Under the pieces are notes generated by a model. The model did not search any database. It was not told the DNA's origin and worked only from the letters and a program-made list of their open reading frames with translations. From the NCBI GenBank assembly GCA_963719315.1, contig CAVRBU010000010.1:1-64000 (forward strand): a stretch of 64,000 nt of DNA, read 5' to 3'. This DNA comes from an uncultured Planctomycetota bacterium. GTDB lineage: Bacteria; Planctomycetota; Planctomycetia; Pirellulales; Lacipirellulaceae. Of this stretch, positions 41,901 through 50,571 are shown in pieces. The first letter of the stretch is position 1. Each line of letters opens with the position of its first letter. Position numbers and translations under genes: made by a program.

Positions 41901-43223
41901 AGCGACAATCCGTTTTACGACAATAGCGACGGCATTAGCGCCCGTGACTATGTATACGCCTATGGCTTTCGCAACCCGTTTGGCGGCGCGTGGCGGGCAT
42001 CCGACGGAAAGCAATATGAGGTTGAGAACGGACCGAGCGTGGATCGGCTAGCCCAAGTCAACGCCGGAGTGAGTTATGGTTGGAATGGCTCGGACGCCTC
42101 GATGGCAACCAATGCAGCCTACAATTGGGCAACGGCTCACGCGCCGGTGAACATTACGTTCGTTCAGCAGGAGACGTTCAACGGCAGCCAATTCCCAGCG
42201 TCCACTATGGATCATGCATTCGTTAGCGAATCCGGCCCTACCTACGCCTCGGGGCCGCAATCAAATGGAAAACGTCTTGTCGAATTCAATTTGAGCGCTG
42301 ACGGTACCATGGTTCTCGCCGGGCCGGACGCTTTAGTGCAGTACGTCGGTACTGGCCATAGTTCCGTCGTGGGACTTGCCGCTGGGCCTGATGGCCTTTA
42401 CTTTACCGAACTCTATGAAGATTCGGGAGCCAATGGGGCAACCGCGAGCGGCGCCCGTATCTATCGCGTGCGGTACGTGAACCCTCTGCAAGGCGACTAC
42501 AATATCGACGGCGTAGTTGACGACGAAGACTACGCTGCGTGGAGGAGCACTTTCGGTTCCAATTTGCTTCTTGCTGCCGACGGGAATGGCAATGGTGTGG
42601 TGGACGCAGGCGATTATGTCGTTTGGCGCTCGAATGTCGGGAACACTCTAGGTAGTGGGGCGACAGCGTCTTCCGCCTCACTGTCTCAAGATGATTCGAT
42701 CCCCGCTTCAACGCCGGAATCCAATCGTGCGGAGTTCCTGCCTGGGCCACGTACGGCTGATCCTGCAGCCGCTATTTCATCAGAAACCAATTCATCCGCG
42801 GCGAATGTCCTTTCAACAACCGAGGTCACCGCGAATCGCCAGCTAGTCGCCAGCGTAGATATTGCCCACCAAAGTTCTCCTGTTGAGACAACTAACTTCC
42901 CTGTTGATACTGTTCCATTTGATTCTCTCTGGCACTCTATACACACTCGGTCGCCAGCAGTTACAAAAGAACGCACCTGGGCGACGGACCAGGCTTTCCA
43001 ACGCTGGTTCACGCCTGATGCCGACAATCTATTCGCAGTTTGGCCGCGCCAGGCAGATCCGATTGTGCCCGCGATCGATGGGTTGCTGTTACTACGATCG
43101 AAAAAACCAGACGTGGCTTCCGATCACAGTACGTTCGATTCAGTTTTCGATCACCTTGCAGACAAGACTGTCGGAACCACTCGGTTCCGCGATCTAATTG
43201 CAGAGCACAGCACTCGACGGTAG
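38976..43223 (+). CDS. Planctomycete extracellular multidomain protein: LEARxLL leader, carbohydrate-binding-like domain, two discoidin-like domains, PQQ-dependent (GSDH-like) sugar dehydrogenase, dockerin-like domain
   Basis: IECLEARQLLA; IGPDGKLYVHLGDG, GKILRMNLDG..P.DNPF, YAYGFRNPF; ADGNGNGVVDAGDYVVWR. Confidence 0.88.
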   Translation: MRKQTQRRRPRALRIECLEARQLLAGDTYLVNFQNDEASVPTHYLSDTGQLFGDRGNGFSYGWSSDHTDQAFERSADPDQRLDTLIRIEAGQKWEFALSNGLYEVTVAVGDPGNNDGVQTINVEGVNYWSAVPDTSVALMQTQQISVNDGRLTIDSGAAADLATRIDFVHIVGLANSPNASPSAPIITEPSVAGQVVNPADVHMEAIGYSDADGDAHKSSDWQIWTVGPGAEPVWQTLGIEGVQKNHTHLGDGVFINAQAGKIELAANTDYELRVRFRDDAGSVSSYSTRTFHTGAASTIFPLLIEDVSTNPAPTWIDVFGTPVDLPTGGIGILAPGDSIIPIDTDPPASNSNYPAAESPAKAIDGTLTKYLNFGEEGSGFIVTPGGSTIVQSFRITTANDANERDPSSFELWGTNDAIVSADNSTGLGESWTLIAAGALALPTARNTPGPVVPITNATAYASYKMLYPTVRNAGAANSMQIAEVSFFQSNDGTGTDILDPTDPILAVHIAPSSRSPATEGVANAIDQSVNTKYLNFGRENSGFIVTPSSGSSVVNRFQITTANDSPSRDPASWELYGTNDLITSGVNSQGNAENWTLIDSGALNLPQARMTAGAEVAVNNSAGAFTSYRMVFPTIRDAAAGDADSMQFADIQFFSDDSGATTPPTLQLEAGDTGEPLLLIEGSGQPGNIVTDFPELPESHAKVRVVITAGSSNVVMNASDLEFSDDHGTSHTVYLPAVNLAAGGRLDLWVSNAGGTYYGTSAQTEPDFSSLARQPNLDIPFITTQPGYVVEEVGSGYRLPVNIAFVPNPGPNPDDPLYYVTELYGSIQVVTRDGTKHEFATGLLDYNPNGPISGSGEQGLTGIAIQRDEQNPEIYHLFVSMLWDNGSPAGGATHYPKIERIDSAAGGLTMATRTVLLNMQPETQGQSHQISNVTIGPDGKLYVHLGDGFDASTALNLNMFRGKILRMNLDGTAPSDNPFYDNSDGISARDYVYAYGFRNPFGGAWRASDGKQYEVENGPSVDRLAQVNAGVSYGWNGSDASMATNAAYNWATAHAPVNITFVQQETFNGSQFPASTMDHAFVSESGPTYASGPQSNGKRLVEFNLSADGTMVLAGPDALVQYVGTGHSSVVGLAAGPDGLYFTELYEDSGANGATASGARIYRVRYVNPLQGDYNIDGVVDDEDYAAWRSTFGSNLLLAADGNGNGVVDAGDYVVWRSNVGNTLGSGATASSASLSQDDSIPASTPESNRAEFLPGPRTADPAAAISSETNSSAANVLSTTEVTANRQLVASVDIAHQSSPVETTNFPVDTVPFDSLWHSIHTRSPAVTKERTWATDQAFQRWFTPDADNLFAVWPRQADPIVPAIDGLLLLRSKKPDVASDHSTFDSVFDHLADKTVGTTRFRDLIAEHSTRR

Positions 43224-43311
43224 CAACGAGTCGTAACGCGACCGAAAATCGCGATCAACGGTGAACACGCATAAAAGTGCAACTTGTTATGTTCCTGGCA
43301 GTCCCTCTTAG

Positions 43312-43460
43312 CTCCCCGTAAGGAACCCTCTTCGTAACAATACTCTCTTTTGCGAAACTCAGAAGTTGTTTCCTGGCAAGAAGTTGCCGAGTTCGAGACC
43401 CTTTCGGTCGGCATCGGAACAAACGCAACCGGTTGCGAAATGGCGACTGGCGGGTTAACG
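43312..43460 (+). repeat. Diverged copy of the ~185-bp repeat
   Basis: CTCCCCGTAAGGAAC...GAGTTCGAGACCCTTTCGGT...GGTTAACG, colinear with the 23037 and 53758 copies and a similar distance from TGTACAAAAAGATTG as the 53758 copy. Confidence 0.55.
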
Positions 43461-43654
43461 CAAAATGTCGAGCGACTGTCAACCTGCGGACATTTTGTTA
43501 GCGGTTCAAAGAATCGCCCGGCCGGTTAACAGCCGCTCGAGCGCCGATCACTTCTCATTCCATGTATCTTGCCAGATCGTCACGGCCTGCCAGAACGAGC
43601 CTCACTGGATTCAGAAATGATCGACATCCCTCCGTCCACGGCCGGCACCTTCGG

Positions 43655-45010
43655 TGTACAAAAAGATTGCCACTTCTCGATTCTGCACGGCAATTCCCGG
43701 ATAATACCATCGTGAGCCAACTTTTCCAGCCACTACTATTCCTGCTCGCCCGTTCGACCACCGACGATCTTCAGAAGCAGGTCGAGTTCCTCAAAGCCGA
43801 GAACGAAATGCTCCGCAAGCGGGTGCCCAAGAAGCATATCTTTCTCGAGCCAGCGGAGCGAGACAAGTTATTGAAACTGGGCAAGGAACTCGGCCCCGGC
43901 ATTCGCCAGCTCATCACCATCGTCAGTTACTCCACATTCCGTCGTTGGGTCCGTAAAGACGAAGGTAAGGCCGGACCGACTCGAAAAGGCCGGCCACGCG
44001 TGGCATCGATCGTCCGTGAACTGGTGGTCTTGATCGCGACAGAGACGGGTTGGGGCTACACCCGCATTCTCGGCGAACTAAAGAAGTTGCGCGTCGGTCC
44101 GGTCAGCCGCCAGTCCGTGAAGAACATTCTCATCGAACATGGTCTCGATCCCGGTCCCAAGCGGGGCAAAGGAACCTGGAGCGACTTCCTACGAATTCAT
44201 GCCGAAACGCTCTGGCAGTGTGACTTTTTCAGCAAGCGCATCTGGACGCTCCAAGGACCACGGCAGATCTTTGCGATGGCCTTCATCCACTTGGCCACGC
44301 GACGGGTGTTCGTCACGCCGGGCACGTTCCAGCCGGATGCCGTCTGGATGGACCAACAAGCCCGCGCTTTCTCGACCACGCTGCCGGAGAGCACCTTCCT
44401 TGCGAGATCGTCACACGTGACTATGACGGAAAGTTCTTTAAGGCGTTCGACCAGGTCTTTAAGGACCGGTCCATCCAGGTAAAGCTGGTCGGTCCGCAAG
44501 CGCCGAATTTGAACGCCTTCATCGAGCGCTGGATTCAGAGTTTGCAGGTCGAGGCCCTCAACCACTTCATTGTCTTTGGCCGGGAGCATTTCGACTTCAT
44601 CGTGTCGGAATACGTGGCTTATTATCAGGAACTTCGGCCCCATCAGGGTATCGGCAACGTGCTCCTGCCGAGAAGAAACGCGGAACCGGTCGAAGCTGCT
44701 GGCTACGCCGAAGAATCAGCGACGCCACTACTCGTGCTCGCCGGCATCACGTGCGAGCGTCGCCTCGGCGGCCTGCTTAAACACTTCTACCGCACCGCCG
44801 CCTAGTCGGCGACGTTCAAGTCCTTGGTTCAATTGTCAAACAATAGTCGGCGCCGATGAACCGCGCCAGGGTCGTGATCGCAGCCCACCTTCCGCTCGTG
44901 CCCTTGTTCGTCAGCCAAATTGTCGTCTGTTCTGTTGGCAATCGGGTTGCTTCAACCTCGTTGTTTCTCCGTTCCCGTCAACGGTTTGTGATTCGCATTC
45001 TATTTGTACT
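43655..45010 (+). mobile_element. rve/IS481-like element, copy 2
   Basis: Left end TGTACAAAAAGATTG; degenerate right end ATTCTATTTGTACT. Confidence 0.72.
43712..44805 (+). pseudogene. Integrase-core transposase, frameshift near 44370
   Basis: Close paralog of 26359..27447, split over reading frames. Confidence 0.85.
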
Positions 45011-45129
45011 GGACGGCCTCCGGGCAACTCAAGCCCGTCATGAATAAAGTGCGATCAGAAGCATCAAACCCCGCCAAGAAATCTCGGCGGATTTGCCAAA
45101 TCCGACCGAATGGCGGGCATATCGCAGTC

Positions 45130-45681
45130 TTAGCTCAGGTCACGGCGGAGCCAACTACGAGCGTAAGTCCAATTGCGTTCAGCAGTTCGCAGCGGCATAC
45201 CCAGTGCTTCGGCCGCCTGGGGCATCGTCATGCCGGCGAAGTAGCGGAGCTTAACGAGCGAGGCCGCAGTGGCGTCCTGGCTTTCCAGTCGACGGAGCGA
45301 CTCGTCCAGTTCCAACAATTCCTCCGACGGAGTAGCGATCTCGACTTGCGCCAAGTCGATCGGGACACGACGCTGGTCGCCGCCGCGGCAGACTTGTTGT
45401 TTGCGGCGGGCACTTTCGATCAAGATCCGCCGCATCGCCTCCGCAGCTGCCATAAAAAAGTGCCTCCGGCTGTTCCAATCTTGAACCTTCTCGGTGTCAA
45501 CCAGTCGGAGATAGGCCTCATGCACTAAGGCGGTGGCTTGCAACGTCTGACCCGGATGCTCGTTCGCGAGTTTGGCAGCCGCGAGTTTACGGAGTTCGTC
45601 GTAGACCAGTGGCAGTAGCCGTTCGGCAGCAGCGGGATCACCGTGCTCGATCTCGGACAAGATTTGCGTTACGTCGGCCAT
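45130..45681 (-). CDS. ECF sigma factor (planctomycete kinase-associated type)
   Basis: LLPLVYDELRKLAA, TLQATALVHEAYLRL, AAEAMRRILIE, WTYARSWL. Confidence 0.92.
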   Translation of the reverse strand: MADVTQILSEIEHGDPAAAERLLPLVYDELRKLAAAKLANEHPGQTLQATALVHEAYLRLVDTEKVQDWNSRRHFFMAAAEAMRRILIESARRKQQVCRGGDQRRVPIDLAQVEIATPSEELLELDESLRRLESQDATAASLVKLRYFAGMTMPQAAEALGMPLRTAERNWTYARSWLRRDLS

Positions 45682-46645
45682 AAAAAGTGGCCATGGTTCA
45701 TTTGACCAAACCGCCTGATTGTAGCAGTTCCATCAGGGAAAAGCGCCGACGCCTTCCCGTTGACCGCGCCTTAGGCCAAGAGCCGGCCGACTGCATGTCG
45801 AAATACGTTGGGTTGATGATGCAGTTGCGGCGGTTCCACGCCAGAACCGTGTCAAAACCTCCGAGCAGACGTTTTCCGGAACGGGAATCCATGTTCCGAA
45901 AAACGGGTTCCGGATTGCTTGCGGCACGCCGGCGACTACCCGCCGGGTGGGAGTTACACGAGGGTCATTAAACGACGCAATTCGAATAAGGTACTGCCTC
46001 GATCAAAACCCCGCCGGGAGTTGTCGGGCCGTGGAAGTGCCGGCGGTTGGACAAACCGCTGTAGCTTAGTGTTTCGTCCAACTACTGGCGGTGAAGGAGA
46101 CCTCTGTTGCTACGCCATCACATCGACGACAAAACGGTCGTGGCCATCGACGCTCAGAACTGACTAAACCCTCGCGACCCATGAGGACGTGTACTGCGTC
46201 GGCGAGCTTTGACAACCCGCGGCCGCTGGCGCACTGACCGGCGGAGTTAGTGGCCAATGTTTTCCGCGAGCGCACAAGCGGGGTGCATTAGGTGCACGCA
46301 ACCACGCACTGGCGAGTGGGGTGGATCAAATCCTCGTCGCATTAGGGTCCCATACGCGCAAGACAGATTTGCTGCATGCCAACGCCGAGACCAATCTCCG
46401 ATGGAACTTGCTCGAGCAGGGATGGGGGGCGATACGCGACAATTCCGCTGTGCGCTCGCGTCTTATTCCTTGCAATCGCCACTTTGTGCAGCAATAATCG
46501 TTGGCAGAACAGGGTGGCTCTGACGCTTCCTCGTCGTGGAACGGGAATGGGAGTTTGATCATTCCGCTGGGGTGTGTGCCCAAAGCCTGCTGGGTTAAGG
46601 CCACAACGACTAACCTCAGCATCGCCTCTAACTGGGAATCTGGTC

Positions 46646-47374
46646 ATGACTCGTTCACAGCCGATAATAATTGCAGGTCTCGCTGTCGTCGTCGCTCTCG
46701 CCTCAGAAGCACGAGCGGGGAATAAGTTGTTCGTCGGCGGCTTGTCCTGGAATACTGATGATGATTTCGCTTTCGTCGATACGTCCACCGATCCCGCCAG
46801 AGTAGTGCAGGATCTCAGTATCTCGTTGACTGATGCTCGTGCGGGAACTCTGCTAAATCCGGGCAGCACTTTGCCTACGAGTTCAGTGCTGGGCATCATC
46901 AACCTTGGACCGGATGACCTAGGGGATGCAGGTTTCTTCGACGTATTTTACGCTGGCCTCCCAGGCGACTTTCCCACTAGTAGTACCTTTGAGGTGTTTC
47001 TTGACATCGTCAATCCAATCACCGGTGAACCCGTCGCCACAAATCAGGGAACGGTCAAGAAAATGAGCAGAGGATTTGGCTTCGTAGCATTTGCAGAAGA
47101 GGCCGGCGGAGCAGAATACCTTTATTCGATTTCAGGCGAGATCAATCCGGCGCAGCCGGGACTGTCGTTCAGCGAGTTGCTCACCAGAAGGGGAGAGCCG
47201 GTCGGATTGAACTTCGACGGCATTGTCATTCTGCCGGAGTTGCAATTTGACGGGACCGGAGTGATTGACCCTGCACTGCCTTTATTTAGGATCACGATAG
47301 CCAACATCCCCGAACCCACGACCTCCGCACTCGCGCTGGCCGCACTCTGTTTGGTGATGAGGCGGCATCGCTAA
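46646..47374 (+). CDS. PEP-CTERM protein with RNP2/RNP1-like motifs
   Basis: Signal peptide ending ARA, KLFVGGLSWNTDD, GTVKKMSRGFGFVAF, IPEP-TM-RRHR. Confidence 0.85.
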   Translation: MTRSQPIIIAGLAVVVALASEARAGNKLFVGGLSWNTDDDFAFVDTSTDPARVVQDLSISLTDARAGTLLNPGSTLPTSSVLGIINLGPDDLGDAGFFDVFYAGLPGDFPTSSTFEVFLDIVNPITGEPVATNQGTVKKMSRGFGFVAFAEEAGGAEYLYSISGEINPAQPGLSFSELLTRRGEPVGLNFDGIVILPELQFDGTGVIDPALPLFRITIANIPEPTTSALALAALCLVMRRHR

Positions 47375-47518
47375 AGTGGGGCGGTCGCATTGTCTCGTTC
47401 AGCTTGGGATTTCCCGAAATGCCAGCGGATGGACAAGCCGCCGCGGCTCAGCGTTTCGACTACCTGCGGGCGGTGAGGCAGACCGCCGCAGCTGCGCCAT
47501 CATATAGATGACATGACG

Positions 47519-47562
47519 CCTCCTCGAACAGGACTCGAACTGAAACAGAGACGCCTACAGCG
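47519..47562 (+). repeat. 44-bp direct repeat, copy A
   Basis: 37 of 44 positions identical to 49477..49520. Confidence 0.85.
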
Positions 47563-47592
47563 GTCGAGTAGCGATTGTCGCGTAACTTTCAA

Positions 47593-49416
47593 TCATCCGC
47601 GGAAGTAAACGTAAGCTGCGACGATCGCGACCAAGACCACGCAGGATGCGATCACATCGATCGCCGACCAACTGCTCCGCGACTCTCGCCGTTGCTCCTC
47701 GGTGAGCGTGCCGTACGTTAAACCGCGAATGCGCTCCTCCGATGGGGCACGCGTGGCGTAGCTCGCCAGCACCATCACCGCAGTCGAGACCAGAAAAATC
47801 AGCAGGCTGAAATACTGGAAGTACATGTTGTTGATAATGTAATTCAGGCTGCCGGGTGCGTATCCGTCTTGATAGCCTTCCCATTGAAGGCTCACCGGCG
47901 TGTCGACCGCCAATCGCCACAGGCCCAGACCAAAACCCACCAGCAACGCGGCCAGACACCCGGCCGCGTTAAGCCGCTTGAAGAAAACGCCGCCGAAAAA
48001 CACGACGAAGATCGGCGGAGCCAGATAACTTTGCACGCCCTGCAGATAGCCGTAAAGGCTCCTCGCCTCGCTGATGACCGGCACCCATACGAGCCCCAGC
48101 AAAACCATGATGCTGGTTGCCACTCGGCCGATCCAAACAAGCTGACCCTGCGAGGCGTTCGGATGAACCTTTTGATACAGGTCGATCGTGAACAACGTCG
48201 ACGACGCGTTAAACACGCCGGCCAGCGAACTCATCAGCGCGGAGAGCAACCCGGCCACGACGATACCCCGCACTCCCATCGGCAAAACGGTTCGCACGAG
48301 CAGCGGAAATGCGGCCTGCGCCCGATCGCGAACGACCTCGCCGTTGGCGTCCATCATCGCCTCCAAGCCCTCGACTTTGCCGGTCTTGGCCAGCGCAAAG
48401 CAGATGATGCCGGGAATAATAAAGATGAACACGGGCAGCAATTTGAGAAACGCGGCGCAGATGCTGCCCCGCCGGGCGTCGGTTTCGCTTCGGGCGCCCA
48501 GCGCCCGCTGCACGATGTACTGATCCGTACACCAGTACCACAGCCCGATAATCGGCGCGCAAAACAGCATACCGACCCAGGGATAATTCCCGTTGTCGAA
48601 ATACCATGCGGCCCGGCCCGCTTCGCGCACCGGTTCCCAAGTCGCCTCCACGCCCTCGGGCATAATCGGCTGCCACAGATTGAACATTCCCGAACCGGCC
48701 ACGGCCCGCAATTCCTGCCAGCCGCCGAGCGCCTCCAGGCCATACCATGTCACCAACACCGACCCAAGAATCAGGATGAACGTTTGCACCGCCTCGGTAT
48801 AAGCCACCGCTCGAAATCCGCCCAGCACCGTATACACACCGGTGAGCAAGATCACGAGGATCGAGCCGAACCAGAAGCTGTCGACGTTCACGCCGCCAAC
48901 CGTAAACCCGACATCAGGCAGCAACGTGCGAAATACGATTCCGCCCGCAAAAATGCCCACCGCAATCTTCGTCAGCACGTAGGCCACCAGCGAAATCACC
49001 GACAGCATCAGCCGCGACGACACTGAAAACCTCTTCTCCAAAAACTCGGGCATCGTGAACACTTGCGACCGCATGTAGAACGGCACAAACACCCAGCCCA
49101 GCACCAAGAGGCACCAGGCGTGCAGCTCGTAATGCGCGAAGATCACACCGTCGGTAGCGCCGGTGCCGGCCAGCCCAACCAGGTGCTCCGACCCGATGTT
49201 CGAAGCGAAGATCGACGCCCCGACTATCCACCACGCCAGGTGCCGCCCGGCAAGAAAGTAATCGTCAGCCGTGTTCTTGTTTTGCAGGATGACCCACCAA
49301 GCCAATCCGAGCAGCAAAACAAAATACCCGCCGATCACCGCCCAATCGATCCAGTGCATCGCACCCAAATGTTCGCCCGCTAGGAGAAGTCGTTTCGTGG
49401 AAAAGATGCCGGCCAA
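47593..49416 (-). CDS. Sodium:solute symporter (SGLT-like sugar transporter)
   Basis: YFLAGR, ASNIGSEHLVGLAG, WYWCTDQYIVQRAL, ALMSSL. Start may be 49359. Confidence 0.95.
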   Translation of the reverse strand: MAGIFSTKRLLLAGEHLGAMHWIDWAVIGGYFVLLLGLAWWVILQNKNTADDYFLAGRHLAWWIVGASIFASNIGSEHLVGLAGTGATDGVIFAHYELHAWCLLVLGWVFVPFYMRSQVFTMPEFLEKRFSVSSRLMLSVISLVAYVLTKIAVGIFAGGIVFRTLLPDVGFTVGGVNVDSFWFGSILVILLTGVYTVLGGFRAVAYTEAVQTFILILGSVLVTWYGLEALGGWQELRAVAGSGMFNLWQPIMPEGVEATWEPVREAGRAAWYFDNGNYPWVGMLFCAPIIGLWYWCTDQYIVQRALGARSETDARRGSICAAFLKLLPVFIFIIPGIICFALAKTGKVEGLEAMMDANGEVVRDRAQAAFPLLVRTVLPMGVRGIVVAGLLSALMSSLAGVFNASSTLFTIDLYQKVHPNASQGQLVWIGRVATSIMVLLGLVWVPVISEARSLYGYLQGVQSYLAPPIFVVFFGGVFFKRLNAAGCLAALLVGFGLGLWRLAVDTPVSLQWEGYQDGYAPGSLNYIINNMYFQYFSLLIFLVSTAVMVLASYATRAPSEERIRGLTYGTLTEEQRRESRSSWSAIDVIASCVVLVAIVAAYVYFRG

Positions 49417-49476
49417 TCTAGAATCAATCGTTCGCAGTCTAACCAGCCGTCGAGCGAATCACAACAGGCCAATGCA

Positions 49477-49520
49477 CCTCCCCAAACAGGACTCAAATTG
49501 AAACAGAGCCATCTACAGCG
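49477..49520 (+). repeat. 44-bp direct repeat, copy B
   Basis: Matches 47519..47562. Confidence 0.85.
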
Positions 49521-49686
49521 CCAAATTCCCCGGCGTCTCATAGACACTCCGCGTATTCTCCGTCCTGGCCGCCAGATCTAGCCCCATCTCGAGCGCCAGG
49601 ATCCCATCAATCCACTCGCAGCTCTTCTTCTTGGACGGCTTCCAGTTGTCGGCCGCATCCTGTTTGATTAAGCCGTACGTCCAGAG
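49513..49686 (-). pseudogene. C-terminal fragment of a phage terminase large subunit
   Basis: Manual translation: IKQDAADNWKPSKKKSCEWIDGILALEMGLDLAA...SVYETPGNLAL*. Confidence 0.7.
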
Positions 49687-50325
49687 TTACAGCATGGCGA
49701 AGAGTTGCCCAAGAGGTGTGGAGTTATCAACTCGGGCATGTAAATATCGCGAGGTAATGCTGACATTGCCGTGTCCCACCGCATCGCGAACCTCCGCCAG
49801 GGTCCGACCTCCAGCCAGCGCATGGCTAATAAAGGTATGCCGGCCGTGATGGATGGTCAGCGATTCGAGCCTTTCGGAACCAAGCACCTTGCAGGCCGTG
49901 CGGAATCGCTTCCGCAGCGTATGCCGGGAGAGTTGTTTTGCCTCTCGGCCTGGCTGGAGCGACGCCACGAAGGGTTGCGTCGGCCCGGCGCCGCTTTCGA
50001 TCCTGAACGCCCGCCACGCCGCCAGGTCGGCCAGCGTCCCCGCGTCCCACCACAACGGCACCGTCCGCGACCGGCCACCCTTGGCTGCTCCGACGCGGAT
50101 TCGCAAGTGCGGCCTGGGCAACTCCGTCCGCACGTCGCCAACCTGGAGCATCGCAATTTCACTGGCCCGCAGGCCGCAACAGGTGGCCAGACGGAAGATC
50201 ACAAGATTCAGGCGAGTATTTTTGGACCGCGGCGCCTTACGCCGTAAGTCGGCCAACACGGCGGCCAGTTCGCTCCGGGTGAGAAGCTTGGTCGGATCGG
50301 CCAGTCGGGAACTGTGCGTTTTCAT
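49687..50325 (-). CDS. Short tyrosine recombinase (catalytic domain only)
   Basis: GLRASE, AKGG, HHGRHTF, VGH, SRYL. Confidence 0.9.
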   Translation of the reverse strand: MKTHSSRLADPTKLLTRSELAAVLADLRRKAPRSKNTRLNLVIFRLATCCGLRASEIAMLQVGDVRTELPRPHLRIRVGAAKGGRSRTVPLWWDAGTLADLAAWRAFRIESGAGPTQPFVASLQPGREAKQLSRHTLRKRFRTACKVLGSERLESLTIHHGRHTFISHALAGGRTLAEVRDAVGHGNVSITSRYLHARVDNSTPLGQLFAML

Positions 50326-50571
50326 CTTCGTCGCCTTTCTTGGGTGGGTTTCACTTAGCACGGCCAATGCCTGGCCGTAGTCACCAGTCAGTACCTCGAC
50401 GTCAAACCCAAGGGAAGCGGGCTCGGACCCCTTTCGCCCATGTTGGGTCCGAACTTGCGCGGTGAGAGTTAGGCGGGCCGAAACGATGCTGCGTAAAGCA
50501 CGCCGTGGTTCGTCGCTAAAACCCCGGCGGCCGGTTTTCAGCCGGAACTTCCTTTGCGCGGCGGGAAACGG

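Noticed and set aside
45690..46640. Riboswitch or ncRNA upstream of the RNP-motif gene
   Set aside because: Long intergenic region, but I could not match a c-di-GMP, cobalamin or other consensus by eye; needs an Rfam scan.
47869..49026. 385-aa plus-strand ORF and similar overlapping ORFs (e.g. 26278..27183, 5280..6074)
   Set aside because: Antisense shadows of well-supported genes.
47519..49520. CRISPR-like repeats
   Set aside because: Only two copies about 2 kb apart, and no cas genes.
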